A DNA stretch of 63,405 nucleotides, counting the filler, from Folioceros fuciformis (Eukaryota): NCBI GenBank assembly GCA_049999805.1. It is 18 parts of 18 records of this genome, joined end to end, with 100 filler letters (N's around TTAATTAATTAA, not from the genome) between each part and the next. Parts side by side here need not be neighbours in the genome. Positions count along the whole stretch, not along the records: positions 1 to 1,955 come from JBNGIO010002666.1; positions 2,056 to 3,492 come from JBNGIO010002667.1; positions 3,593 to 8,344 come from JBNGIO010002668.1; positions 8,445 to 10,952 come from JBNGIO010002669.1; positions 11,053 to 12,802 come from JBNGIO010002670.1; 13 more parts are not named here. One strand, given 5' to 3'. This document shows positions 1 to 12,145 of this stretch, piece after piece. Every line of letters begins with the position of its first letter. Position 1 is the stretch's first letter. The notes under the pieces were generated by a model, which did not search any database, was not told the DNA's origin, and saw nothing but the letters and a program-made list of their open reading frames with translations. Both the position numbers and the translations under genes were made by a program.

Positions 1-1955
1 CCACTTGTCCCGCTTGCCCAACCAGCTGGCCAGAGGCCCCTAGCTGCCAGGTCGCCCCAGCCAGTGGATCCGCACCCTGATCGGCCCCTGACCGCCTAGC
101 TGCTGCTCAGCAGCTGGTCGCTGCTAAGCCGGCCCCCCTGCTACTCGTCTTGCCAATCCAATTAGGCGCCCACTTGCCATGCTGATGGGCCAGGCTGCCT
201 GCCTGCTTGCTGCCTGGCGGGATCCGCCTGCCAGCCTTTGCCCTACAGCCAGCCGGCCTACTAGGCCCAACTAGGACCCGAGCTTGGATCCTACCTTGGC
301 CTGCTACACCTGCGGATCCAACGCCGCTTGCTTGGCCTGGATCCGGTGCCACCGCCTGCCTCCAGCCATTGCCAACACGGCTAGCCGACCAGCCGGGCTG
401 CCAGCCTGGCTACCGAATCGGGCAGCCAACTCGCTGCGTCCCGATCTACCCCTTTAGTCGGCAGGCGACTGCCTGGCTAGCGCTCCACCTGCTAGCCTTA
501 CCTGCCAGCAGCACGGCGTGTAACAGCCCAAGGCCCGCCTACCCATTCTGATTTCCACCCCTACCAGGCTACCTGTCTGTTGGCGACACCGATCCACCAG
601 CCCCCCCGGCTAGCCCGTCTACCAAACCCGGATCGCCTGCAGCTCGGTCACACCCCTTGTAGTGGCCCCAGCTAGCCGATCAGCCATAACGCTGCCTGGC
701 TCCAGCCGTGGCTAGCCGTGTCACCAGCCACCAACTTCCCTGGCTCGCTCTTGGCTAGATCCGATGCCCACTCGACCTAGTTCCGACTCCGAGCTGCTAC
801 AACCAACCCGACTGATCACTTCACGAGATCTCGGCTACTTGACTAGCTTTAGGACCCGACCCCAGCTGCCAATGCTTGCTGCTGCGTGAGAGCTGGCCAA
901 GCCGTTGCCTGGATTCGCCTCAGCCCGTACACCAGTCAGCAGGTTGCCTCCCCGGATCCACCTAGCGAGTCGGCTTGCTAGATCCGGCCTGTAAGGCCGC
1001 ATCCAGCCCGCCACCAGCCAGCAGCTGCGGCCAGCCGCCCCGACAGCCAGCTTTCCTTCTAGCCTGCCGCCGGCCTGAGCCTCCCTTGCTGGCCAGCACG
1101 GCCTGGATTAGCCCAAGGCTCGTATGGCTTCGATCCAGAGCTGTCTCAGGCTGTCTAGCCTTGCCACTCTAGCTACAGCCAGGCCGGCCCTTGTCTGGCT
1201 AAAACCAAACCCACCAGGCCTGCTAAGGCTTGGCTGCCTTCCCCGGCCAGGCGGCTACCTGGCTACCCGACCTACCACCCAGGCCACACACCGTCCTCCT
1301 GGCCAATTTGCTCAGGCCGCCCACCTGCTCGGCCTGCCTGTGTTGGGCTGGACCAGCCCCAGCCAGTCCGGCCAGCCTGCCTAGCTTTGGGATCTGGCCC
1401 TGTCCGGCCTGCCGGTTCCGTCTATTAGCCTGCAGATCCTCCCCGGCCAAGATTCCCCTCAGCCAGCCAACCAGCTCCTGCTGTTGGCCGGGCTGGGCTG
1501 TCTGGCGATCCGGCGAGTATCTGCCTGGGTCCGGCCACAGGCTGTCCGCGCCGCTGGGGCGCCTGCCTACTCTCTAGATCTGGCCAGGCATCCGCCCACG
1601 AGGCCGCTTGCTGTAGCCCCTAGCCAGCCCCCTCGTGATCCTGACCAGCCAGCCATGGCCGCCTGGATCCCGACGCCGTGCTTGCTAGGTCACCCACCCA
1701 CCTGCTACCGGGTTGCCTGCCTGCAGCCATGCTAGGCTACCTCCCCGTAGCCGAATGTCCGTGCTGCTGGCCCAGCCATTGCAAGCGCTCCTCCGCAACC
1801 CCTCCTCTCCGTAGCCGGGCCGCTGCTGGCCCGGCCCTCCTCTAGCTGGTTGGGTTCCAGCAACCCCGCCTAGCTGCCTACCTTGCCCCCTCCAGCGCTC
1901 CGGCGGCCTACTCGGCTGATTGCCTCGCAGCTCCGGCCCGGACCCCGGCCTGGGT
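1..1955 (-). repeat. GC-rich low-complexity array, probably the interior of an expanded gypsy LTR
   Basis: Whole contig is built of shuffled GCCAGCC/GCTGGCC/GCTAGCC/GGATCC words. Same texture at 11053-12145, 27073-27300, 30050-30369 and, as the complement, at 61150-63090, where it follows an LTR 5' end. Confidence 0.65.
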
Positions 1956-2055
1956 NNNNNNNNNNNNNNNNNNNNNNNNNNNNNNNNNNNNNNNNNNNNT
2001 TAATTAATTAANNNNNNNNNNNNNNNNNNNNNNNNNNNNNNNNNNNNNNNNNNNN
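1956..2055. other. Artificial contig-joining linker (first of 17)
   Basis: 44 N + TTAATTAATTAA (stops in all six frames) + 44 N. Identical linkers start at 1956, 3493, 8345, 10953, 12803, 14949, 16915, 21546, 22930, 26973, 30370, 33564, 40531, 52426, 55505, 57016 and 58861. Confidence 0.99.
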
Positions 2056-2472
2056 TGGCAAGGCCAAAGTCTATTGTGGTAGCCATTAACCAAGTCTTAG
2101 AGCTTGTGAAAGAAGCTAAACTGCTTATAGGTCTAAAAGGGAAGGATCATTATCGAAGAAAACTCTAAAGAGGACTTCAACTAGGGTGTGCATGACCAGA
2201 GGAGTTATGTCAGATTAACAACTAAGGCAACAATAAGCATAAGGAGGACACTTATTTTTTCTCCTTCTTTTGCTTCTTCCTCCTCCCACCAGCCCCTCCC
2301 TCTTCTTGTTTGTACACAAGTTGGCTGGTTCTTCATAGGAGAAATCACTCTAGCCTAACATTTTAGACTTTTCTCCATGCTCAAGCATTGTAACTCATGC
2401 ACCCAGTGTGTCCCATGTTTTAGACTTTTCTCCATGGTCAAGCATGGTGGCCCATGTTTTGGACTTTTTACC

Positions 2473-2710
2473 GGGTTAATAAAGTCCAATGTGCTTCGAC
2501 TAATGTGTTTAGTGTAAGATTCGTGTTTAGTTCAGTACCATTAGTTTAGATTAGCTTAAGCTAATCAATTGGAAGCTTCTTGCGCAACTTCCGATGCGCT
2601 CCTTGCGCAGTTTCCGATGCGCTCGTTGCGCAGCTTTCAATGCGCTTCTTGCGTAGCTTCCGATACGCTTCTTGCGCAGCTTCCGATGTGCTTCTTGTGA
2701 AGCTTCCTAG
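2473..2710 (+). mobile_element. Copia LTR (family C) U3 fragment with six 23-bp repeats
   Basis: GGGTTAATAAAGTCCAATGTG...TTTAGATTAGCTTAAGCTAATC matches the LTR start at 25274-25370, which follows a copia RNase H and PPT. Unit GCTTCTTGCGCAGCTTCCGATGC x6 at 2576-2710. Confidence 0.75.
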
Positions 2711-2773
2711 GTCCTAAGATTGGAAGCTTCCTATGACTTTAGTGGTAGTTAGACCCTTGCTCAATGCCAGGAT

Positions 2774-3220
2774 CTAGGACTTTAGTGGTAGTGAAGACTC
2801 TTTCTCCTTACTAGCTTGGAGGACCTAGGACTCTAGTGATAGTGAAGACTCTTTCTCCTTACTAGCTTGGACGCTGATATTTTAGCTACTATTGGTAGCT
2901 TGGACGCTGATATTTTAGCTACTATTGGTAGCTTGGACGCTGATATTTTAGCTACTATTGGTAGCCATTAGGGTTAGGGGTAGCCCTATTGTCTAATCAA
3001 GATTTATCTCCCTCATTATTGGATGGATGGATTTTCATATTGGTTTTTTTATATTATCTTTTTAAAATAAATAGACCTAACCTTCTTGATGCATCGAAGA
3101 TGTGCATTGATGTGCATGAGGTTCTTGAGCATAGGAAACAACTTAGCTATGAGGTTCTTGAGCTTAGGAAAAACTTAGCCATGAGGTTCTTGAGCTTAGG
3201 AAACACCTTAGCATGAGGTT
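2774..3220. repeat. Cluster of short tandem repeats (about 51 bp x2, 33 bp x3, about 32 bp x3)
   Basis: CTAGGACTTTAGTGGTAGTGAAGACTCTTTCTCCTTACTAGCTTGGA x2; AGCTTGGACGCTGATATTTTAGCTACTATTGGT x3; ATGAGGTTCTTGAGCTTAGGAAAAACTTAGC x3. Confidence 0.85.
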
Positions 3221-6200
3221 TTTTTTGAAGAGTTGAGGATCTTTCAAAATAAAATTATAAGTACAGAGGGCCCGTACGTCCTATCAGAACCCTACGACGG
3301 AATAGACCGTGACGTGGACCCCATTTAGCGACCACAGAGGGTGCATGCGTGCCCGGGATCACTCCAGAATCCCTAGGCTTCAGGTGTTAAGTCGGCAAAA
3401 TTACCTGGGCATGATTTTCTGCATACACAAGAGCTCTGCCTCCGAACTGGGAATCGATTAAAGTCTCTACAATCTGAAATCGCCGTACCACANNNNNNNN
3501 NNNNNNNNNNNNNNNNNNNNNNNNNNNNNNNNNNNNTTAATTAATTAANNNNNNNNNNNNNNNNNNNNNNNNNNNNNNNNNNNNNNNNNNNNTCATTCCG
3601 AGTCCGTAGCGTCCTTCTCGGCCGGCGCGTTTCCTTTCTTCTGTTTGAGACCAGTTGTTCGGGAAGGTATGCCAGTTCGTGGAAGAAGAAGATTCTATTG
3701 GAGTCCAGACCAGACCAGTCCAGTCCAGTCTATTGGAGCTGTCTCTCCCTGTTCCTGAAATTGCGGTGTGGCGGTAGAGGAGAAGGAGAATTTCCACGGC
3801 CCGCCCAGGCCCCGGCCCCGTCAAGCTGTCGAATTCCAACGTCTTTCTGTGATTTTTCTTGGCGGCTGCTACAGTTGGTGCGGGCACCCAGCCTAGCGCT
3901 GCGTTCTGTCAGTGGGCAGTGGGGTTGCGGCCCTCGGGAGCGCAAGGCTTGTCGGTCTGAGGTTATCCAACAGGGGCCTCTGGAGGCCACCAACGAGGCA
4001 GCTTCCTAACTGTCCGTAGCAGGCGTCGATTTTTTCTCCCGCCTGAGCCGGAGTTTAGCTAGCTATTCTAAGTTGATGTAGAGAGAGATGTGCCGCACAA
4101 TGCTGCATATGTATGATATGTGTGGGGTGGCTTTGGGGCTCTCCTCGCTTTTTTCTTGCGTTGGGTCAATCGTTTACGCCATTGACAAGGATACCCGGCC
4201 GCTCGCGCGTTGCGCACCTCTGATTTTTAGGAGGCGGAACGGGTGCTTTCCCACGGATGCTTTCCCGCATGTGAGGGCTTTGTTGGCGTCTCCTGCATTA
4301 TGTTTCCATACCTTGTAAGCGTGGGCGGCCACAGCCTCCCATAATAATTTTGGCAAGTCCACGTTGCCCTGGATCACCTTGCCCTGCCATGCTGCTCATT
4401 CGAGGGGTTGAATGGAATAATGTCATTAACATTATCCAATTTCATGAGAAGTGGCCAGCCCTTTTTCTAATTCGCGTATAGCTCCAAGGTGGGCCGAGCC
4501 AAGCTTTCTAATTCGCGTACAGCTCCAAGGTGGGCCGAGCTTCCAACAACAATGATCACAATGCTGGAGCATTGATGGTTGACTTCATCTATGTAGAATC
4601 AGCCAACCGGGTGGGTGCATGGGATACAATTCTTGTTACAATGCTTGCGCACGGAGAAAAGTCTAAAATGTTAGGCTAAATTGACTTCTTCTATGTAGAA
4701 CCAACAAAGGCTTCCCAATTCTCCCACTACCTTTCACCCCGCGAGCTCAAGGACAAGGACAGCTCCCTTCAAATTGTCTCTCAAACAGGTCGCAAGCAAA
4801 AACAGATAGCCCAGCTTGGTGAAGCAGACAGCGGCTCCTTTCCCTCACCACAGCGACAAACAGTGGGCACAAGGAGGCGGCAAGCTCCCAAGATGCGAGA
4901 GCAGCATGGGTCAAATTCCCTTCCGCATTGAATTTAGCGGAGCTGTATGTAGAGCAGAAGACAGCGGGCGGGAGGAGAACAGCGCCATGGGGCAGGGAAT
5001 TGCAGGAAGGCACAAGCAAAGGCGAGGGCCTAAACATATGGAAGGCAAGTGTTTACTCCAAAATTGTAGAAGAAGGTTCCGTTGATGAAGTCAGCAATGA
5101 GGAGGAGTTGGGTGTAGTAAGGGTTTAGGGTAAAAGTAAATCTTAAGTACATATTCACATTTAAGTACCCCCTTCATGAAAATAAACAAGTTTAATCCTC
5201 AACCATGCTCTAATTGTATTCGAGTCTCAAAAGTTCTAGCTTTGTAGGGTGGGTAGTAGTAAAAAGATGGAACCACTTGGAACGCAATGCAGTAGTAAGA
5301 GCATGATAGAATAGGTGGAATAAGATAGGCCTTTAAGGTTGAGAGACTAAGTTTGGCATGGTAGGAAAAACAAAGAAGGAGATAGAACCACCACACTTAC
5401 ACGAGAGGAAGAAGAAGAGCATGGACATCCTAATAATAAGAAGGGGAGCTTTGGAATGAAAAATTGTGGAGCCTAAGCTTGCACTCTTAGCCGTCGTTGC
5501 TTAAAAGGGGAATTCGTAGAAAGATTGTTTATGAGGCATGCTAAAAGCACACACTAGGTGGTAAACTCAATGTATGAGGGTGAGAATGAGATAATATAGG
5601 TATTATATCTCTAGACAAACTTTAGACATCATATAGGGTGGCCTTTGAAAGTAACCTCAATGTATGTGTTATGAGGTCTGTGTATGTTTATGTACATATT
5701 AAATATTGTACCATACATACATACTCATATCCGGAGAGACCCACATGCATTTGCCATTCAGTATATTTAAACTCTTCCAAGGTTTAGTACTTTGGGTTGG
5801 ATGGACATAAACCTAAACAACCGACATGCTCTAAATTGACTATTTGAAAGCAAACTCATGACAACTAATATACCAACCATTTTTAAGGATTGCACACACA
5901 AATTGTACATACGGGAAAAGAAAGATGATGATGATATACATATTAAATATTGCACTTATATATACATACAATCCACAAAGAGACCCAGGTACTCTCAGTT
6001 ACTGGGCACTAAGCTTTTACAGGGCAATAAGCTTGCTGACATGTCCAACCAACATATTGGCAAGCCGACATGTGCCATAGCATGTCCAACCACCATATGG
6101 GCAAGGATATCCAACTTGCTGACATGTTCAATCACCACATGTAAGTCTTTTTTGACTAGATTAAGGTGACATATAGGTACCTACATACTACGGTACGTTC

Positions 6201-6538
6201 ATAAAATTAGCGTACAGTACATAGGAAGTCGCTGGACGCATGGCTGTTACGGCCTTGCGCGAATTTGGGGACGTGTTTCACTCCAGTACTACTACTGGTG
6301 TGAAACACTTTGTCCTGAAGTTCCAGGTACTGGAGTCCGGTACCCAGGAGTTCAGAACGAACGCACACGAGTAGTGTCTGACATGTGAGATTTGAAGTTC
6401 TCGGGTGGTGCTGTGTACACGGGTAGTGTTGGCTGACATTCTGGAGTGGAGCGAAAGCTAACAATACTACCAAAACTGCTCCTTCTACCTTGCTGCGCCC
6501 CCCAATCGGCCCGGTATCGCAGATTGTGCAAGGGCACA

Positions 6539-8344
6539 CTACCGGGTACAAGACTCCTCAATACCAAGTGCATTCAATCTCTGACCTTTGGGAGCCCACA
6601 CCGTCTTAGCCGTTATGATCACTGAACCGCCATCCTTCCGAAGGGTGTGCCACAATCGTGAACTCCCATCCGGGCTAATGGTTGCCGTCCGAGATGCTGG
6701 TTGTCCGGAGAACTCTACTGAACTTTTACTAGCCAACGAGGTGTCCTCTGGACTGGTGAGGGAAACCACTATGTCTTGCTGATGACATTCCCTTCGATAC
6801 TCCATCGTTATGCTCCTTAGTTCGGAAGCGTCTAGCACCTCAGATGGAACGCTCTGCATCAAGTTTCGCACTGTCTTAGGGGGAAGCCTGCCACCTCGTG
6901 TGTTAAGCACACAACAGGGAATAAGGTTGCGGAAACGAACCTCGAGTATCCACGGGATGTACTTGACATTGTTAACGTGTTGGTTCAAGTCCAGATCATT
7001 TCGGTGAGGCTGCGCGTGTCGTTGAGCACGGTCCAGAACATGGTGTATTGTAAACACATCAGCCCGGAATCCCCGTATGCAAAACCGGAGTCCTGAGTTC
7101 TCGCAACCAAAGGGTAAAATAGGATGGAAACGATTATCTCACCTTCAGGCCAGGTTGCACGTAGGTCGCCGACTCATCCAGCTCCCGGATCTTTTGGAAA
7201 ACTTCAGTCGAGATGGCATGCTTGTCGTTAAAAAATGGAGTGATTTCCTCTCTCACTTTGCTGGGCATTCTTGCCATTCTCCGGGTCTGCATGTTCATGA
7301 GCACCCACTGACTGCCACAGCCATTGTCCAGACAAGGGACTCCAAGTAAGGTCCAGACAAGCATCTTAAGTAAAGTCAAGGGCCATTCACTAGCACAATA
7401 GCCATCGACAGAAAACCCCCGCTATTACCTAGTTCCTCGGGCAATAACTCGGTGTGTATCAAGATCACGAGCTATCCAGTCCCTCCGCATGCCATGTGAT
7501 GCCTGACCATGTGACGCTACCCATGAATCTATCTCTATCATATTGCCCCTGAAGGAAACACGATCAAACCCAGAAAACACGAAACCTCAAGAATCGGTCA
7601 AGAAACCCCAACATAGGGTGCGCCAACACTGGAAAGGACAGCTGTAGAGGTGGACACAATGGGAGTGGTGATCATAAGCATGTGGAACAAAGCTGCAAAG
7701 AGAGAATCTGTACCATGCAGGATATTGGTCAACTTCCACGTGCATGCGCCTCACCACCCAGATCAATCCACACTCAAACATAGCCTTCGTTGTGCCAAAA
7801 CCTTCTGCCCCAATCCCTGAGTATAGGACATGGTTCAGTGCAACCTCCTGTCAAGGACCAACATCACAAACACGGTCAGACGACGTGATGGTATCAGAAT
7901 CTGAAGATACCAGTGCCAATAATCGCGGGATTTGTCACCTGGAAAAGATTTGTGACGGTTTCAATGGAAGCGGCTTTGTCGGCTCCGACTTCGGAGTAAC
8001 GAATCACAAACGCCTGTCTGTAAATTCTCTTATTCTGTATGAGGCAACCCTTCCTGAGGGCTTCTTTCGGCCTAACCTCTGTCACGTTCGGCTCCAGAAT
8101 GAAACTCGAGAGAGCTATCCTCAACGCGCTTAGAACATCAGCAGAGGGAAGCCTGACAACTTCGCTGGAAGGAGCGATGTCAGGTGAGCTCACACCTTGA
8201 GCTTCCGGCAATTTGCTACTGACGACATTACTCCCGCTAGATCCTTTCATGCACAAAATCTTTCCAACTCCTGCTCCAAGGGGCGAAAGATTTCGGCAGT
8301 CCCCGAACATTTTCGATCCCACTGTGCCCCAATCTCCAAGACCT
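6539..8344 (-). CDS. FAT: Plant acyl-ACP thioesterase (FatA/FatB family), 5' end truncated by the contig edge
   Basis: GT-AG exons: 8344(open)-7939, 7847-7714, 7548-7429, 7311-7143, 7009-6941, 6853-6539. Exons 2-6 sum to 807 nt and stay in frame. Motifs: FVIRYSEVGADK, NLFQEVALNH, LIWVVRRMHVEVDQYPAWG, GMRRDW, catalytic DLDLNQHVNNVKY and EYRREC. Confidence 0.95.
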
Positions 8345-8444
8345 NNNNNNNNNNNNNNNNNNNNNNNNNNNNNNNNNNNNNNNNNNNNTTAATTAATTAA
8401 NNNNNNNNNNNNNNNNNNNNNNNNNNNNNNNNNNNNNNNNNNNN

Positions 8445-8756
8445 CCCTTCCTCCTGTTGGTCGCGCCCATAGACCCTCCTGATCAACTCCAAGTTCCATT
8501 CCTGGGGTTTGCCTCTGATCCCTTCCTCGTGTACAGGCTCTATCAGCCTCAGGGCGTACTCCCTGACCAGCTGGGGTGCTGCATGGTTCCACTTCTGAGT
8601 CATAAAGTTCAGACCCAGCTCTGCCACCAACTTTCCTGCCCTGACCCTCCAGTGCTCCATATTGGGCCACAGGAGTAGGTCGATTCGGGGGACAAGAGGC
8701 CCCCCCTCCTGCCTAGAGGCTGCTGCTCCAGGGATCAGTTCAAGCCGCGACCTCAT
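8445..8756 (-). other. Partial ORF of unknown function, probably retrotransposon-associated
   Basis: Open frame running into the gap with protein-like composition (LLLWPNMEHWRVRAGKLVAELGLNFMTQKW...). No recognised motif; context is entirely TE-derived. Confidence 0.3.
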
Positions 8757-8878
8757 CCTGCCTGTCCTCCTCCCCTCATGCTCGGGCTCGGAACTCTTCT
8801 GTCCTGGTCATGCTCTAGCTCTTTGGGAGTGAGCTACCTGAATGCATTCAGCATGTTACAAGGATCCAGGTAGGGTTC

Positions 8879-9110
8879 TTGCACGAGTACTTGGGGATAC
8901 CTTTTCAAGAAATGGATGAGAATGGGGAAATTGGCAAGTATGTGTGCCTTCGGTTTACACGTAAAGCAATAGGTTTTCGACTATTGGATCTAAACTTGGC
9001 CGGCAGAATCGTGGTAATCAACCATATTCTTTCTACATCCTTCCTTGGTCATCTTTGGAATAGGCTAGAAGGATGTTGGAAGGATGTGGAGGTAGTTAAG
9101 GCTGAGTTCG
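8879..9110 (+). mobile_element. L1-like LINE fragment (post-RT thumb region)
   Basis: EYLGIPF and LNLAGRIVVINHILS resemble the YLG and LS.AGR..LIN.VL motifs of L1/Tx1 ORF2. Confidence 0.6.
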
Positions 9111-9379
9111 CAATTCCACCGAAGCATGTTAGATCCATCTTCACGTGGAGGTCGTAAAGGCATGAGGGAACGAGTTCGTCAAGGCGTCAAGAAAGAAGTT
9201 CATCAAGGTGTGAAGGAAGGAGTTCATGAAGGCGTGAAGGAAGGAATTCGTATCAAGGCGTGAAGAAAGGAGTTCGTGAAGTCTCCCCCCCAATTCACCT
9301 AACACCCTAACAACTGACCAAAAGCCTGAATGTGACGAAGCACGGCTTGTAGAGAGGGCTTGGATGCTTATGAGAAGAG

Positions 9380-10080
9380 TAAGGTTGCTACGTGAAGTTC
9401 AAGATCCGCAATTGAGACCCATCTGGAGCCCGAATTCCTTGCTTAACAACTCGGATAAAGAAGTCCGCAACAATTAAAAACGAAAAGGGTTCCAATGGGC
9501 ATCCCTATCGAACGGGCTTGGTGATGCCAAACCTGTCCGTAAATGAGTCATTAACACAAACTTTAGCACCAACCTCTTCACAAAAGATCACCACCCACCT
9601 ACAAAACTTGTTACCCAATCCAAAGCTGCAGAGACTCCTCCAAAGGAAATGCCACTCCACTGAGTCATAAGCCTTGTAAAAATCCAAGGATTTAAAAATA
9701 GGTGCTTTGTTCTTAATTTGAGCTTGATATTGGCTTCCCGCAAAAGAAAGAGGTTATCAAGGATGCACCTGTTTTGTATGAAGCCTCATTGTTCCAGTTC
9801 TATCCACTCATAAGAAACGACTTGATTCTATTAGCCAGCACCGAAGCCAATACCTTGTACGTTGTAGTTAGTAGGGTGATAAGCCTAAGCCAATACCTTG
9901 TACATTGTAGTTAGTAGGGTGATAGGCCGCCAATTGGAGATGGACAAACTCACGCCCTACTTGGGAATCAAAGAAATGACACCCAAATTAAACCATGACC
10001 CCATACTACCTTCTTCCCATATCTCCTCCACAACTTCCATAAAAAGGGGGCCCATGAATTCCCAACCCAGAGAAGGAACA
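9380..10080 (-). mobile_element. L1-like LINE reverse transcriptase fragment, degraded
   Basis: NWRPITLLTT.YKVLA (locally duplicated at about 9846 and 9888), LDFYKAYDSVEW.FL and VR*GCPL.P (RQGCPL with a stop). Stops and frameshifts present. Confidence 0.88.
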
Positions 10081-10517
10081 GGTGTAAGCATGCTTTAGTG
10101 CTCACTTCAATGGGAAACGGGTGAAACACGTGTATTTTGTCCTATGTAGATTCAAGAAAATTTAATGATTTATTTATGACTTGAATAAGGCTGAATATTT
10201 TATAGCTGATAGGCGATAGGTAGTTAATGGTTCTCTTAAATTAGATTAATCAAGAAATGAGTACAATATGGTAAATTATATAAAGTAATGTTCAGGTGAG
10301 ATGTCCACGAACACATGGCCCCTTTGTTGAGCAATTGACGAAACTATAGGAGGTCTCTTTTTAAGTGTGTGCGCCATGCCTGGGAAAAGGCATGTGTGCT
10401 GGGCGGGAGGAAACTTGAATCGACGGCGATCACTGGTGACCTAGTTGTTGGGTAGGACGCGCAGCTCTGGCAAGCATGCTTTGATGCAAAGCGTGTTGGG
10501 AAAAGGCTCTGGCAAGC

Positions 10518-10952
10518 TGTGAACCTCCAAAGTTTGGGGTAGTAGTTTGTTTTGGTTGAAAAAGGGTTAATAGTGGTATGGTTTGGTTTTCTTTTTCAAC
10601 TTATTTTCCCTAATTTTTCTTGATTTTCTGGTCATTTTTCCTATTTTTTTTTGTGCTAATTACGTTAATTGACCAGGAAATAGTTGGTTTGGTTATAAGA
10701 GTGGGTATAGGTTTGGTCCCAGACCTGGGAAGGTTTAGGTTCGGTACCAGGCCATAGGGTTGGGTGATTAGTTTAATATTAATTAAAGATATATAATATT
10801 AAATGATTAAATAATATTAAAATAATATTAAATAATATAATAATGGTTTGAACATAGGAACGGGTATCTGGGTATGTCAGTGTCAGGGGTCAGGGTATGA
10901 CGATAGGCTGGCTGATTGCCTGGCTGGCATGAACGGCCATGGAGGCCATGCC
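10518..10952 (+). mobile_element. LTR 5' end (family D)
   Basis: Begins TGTGAACCTCCAAAGTTTGGGG. The first 51 bp recur as an exact reverse complement at 15049-15099, abutting a gypsy RNase H. Grades into the GC-rich array at the contig end. Confidence 0.6.
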
Positions 10953-11052
10953 NNNNNNNNNNNNNNNNNNNNNNNNNNNNNNNNNNNNNNNNNNNNTTAA
11001 TTAATTAANNNNNNNNNNNNNNNNNNNNNNNNNNNNNNNNNNNNNNNNNNNN

Positions 11053-12145
11053 CAGCCCGCCCCAGCCCGGATTCGATCCCGGCCTACCCTGCCCAGAGCG
11101 CCCTGCCGACAGCCCGCCTCCAGCGTCCCGCTAGGCCGACAGCCCGCCTCCAGCGTCCCGCCAGGCCGACATCGCCCGCCTGGCCGGCACTAGGCTGCCT
11201 GTCTGCAGTCCGGCCGGGCTGCCTGCCTGCAGCCGGATGAAGCTGCCTGTTTCCAGGCGTGACCAACCACAACCAGCCTAGGCGCCCAGCCGGGCCTCCT
11301 GCACTCTGGCTGGCCGATTTGCCCAGGCAGGTCGGCAGTCCGATCAGCCAACCTGTTCGCCCTGATCCGACTGGCCGACAGCCTGCTTGGGATCTTGCAG
11401 CCAGGCTGCTGTCTAGCTTCTTGATCTCGCCCCGGCCATCTAGAGCCCCTAGCCAGCTGTCCTGATGGACGCGATCCAGGATAGCCAGCCATGACTGTCT
11501 GAACCCTGCGTCGCCTGGTTGCTGTTATCAGGCTGCCCCTTGTGCCTGTGGCCAGCCTGCTTGCCACCGGCGCCGGCTGGGCTGCTTGGCTAAGCTCCTC
11601 AGCCGGCCATCACCAGCCAGCAGCCCCTCTACCATCCTTCTCGCATACCTGGCCCCCCTCCTGGCCAGCACGATCAGGATCAACCAGAGGCCCGTCTGGC
11701 TACGATCCAGCGCCGCCTTAGGCTGTCCGGCCCAGCTGCGACCAGCCGCCATGGCCAGGCCACCTGCCCAGCCAGCCTAAATCTGGCTGGCCGCCAGGCT
11801 GCTTGGGCCCTGTAGCCATGCTGCTGCTTGGCTTCCGGATCCGGATCCGGCCCAACCTGCTGCGTCTTGATCTGCCCCTGTAGCCGGCCAGCGGCCGCCT
11901 GACCTGAGCCTCACCTGCCAGCCTTACCAGCCGGCCTCCAACGCCGCCTCTGGGCTGCCTAGTTCAGATCTGCCTCTGCCGATCGATCCGGCTGCTAGCC
12001 GACATGGATCACCAGACCCCGCCTAGCCTGGATTCCTACAGCCTCTAGGCTGTTGGGTCGCCGGCCACCATCTGCTTGGACCAGTTGCTAGGCAGTGCCG
12101 GATCCGCCTGTCCTCCCGGACCCGGACATGTACCCCGCTGCTGGG
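11053..12145 (-). repeat. GC-rich low-complexity array joined to a truncated gypsy RT
   Basis: Same vocabulary as 1-1955. Includes a 33-bp duplication at 11105-11170. Confidence 0.65.

Noticed and set aside
107-1735. Numerous Pro/Ala/Arg-rich ORFs (also 11084-11780 and 61070-63109)
   Set aside because: By-products of stop-poor GC-rich low-complexity DNA; overlapping frames on both strands and no domain motifs.
2000-2011. Recurrent palindromic TTAATTAATTAA flanked by N runs
   Set aside because: Artificial six-frame-stop linker. ORFs ending in X...LIN and any gene neighbourhood across linkers are artefacts.
3593-5130. Short ORFs and small repeats at the start of the third contig
   Set aside because: No recognisable product. 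A roughly 75-bp inverted match to 2320-2395 (at about 4636-4710) indicates dispersed repeat DNA, but no termini could be defined.
6207-6573. ORFs downstream of the thioesterase
   Set aside because: They lie in the expected 3' UTR with no motifs; the thioesterase already terminates at 6539.
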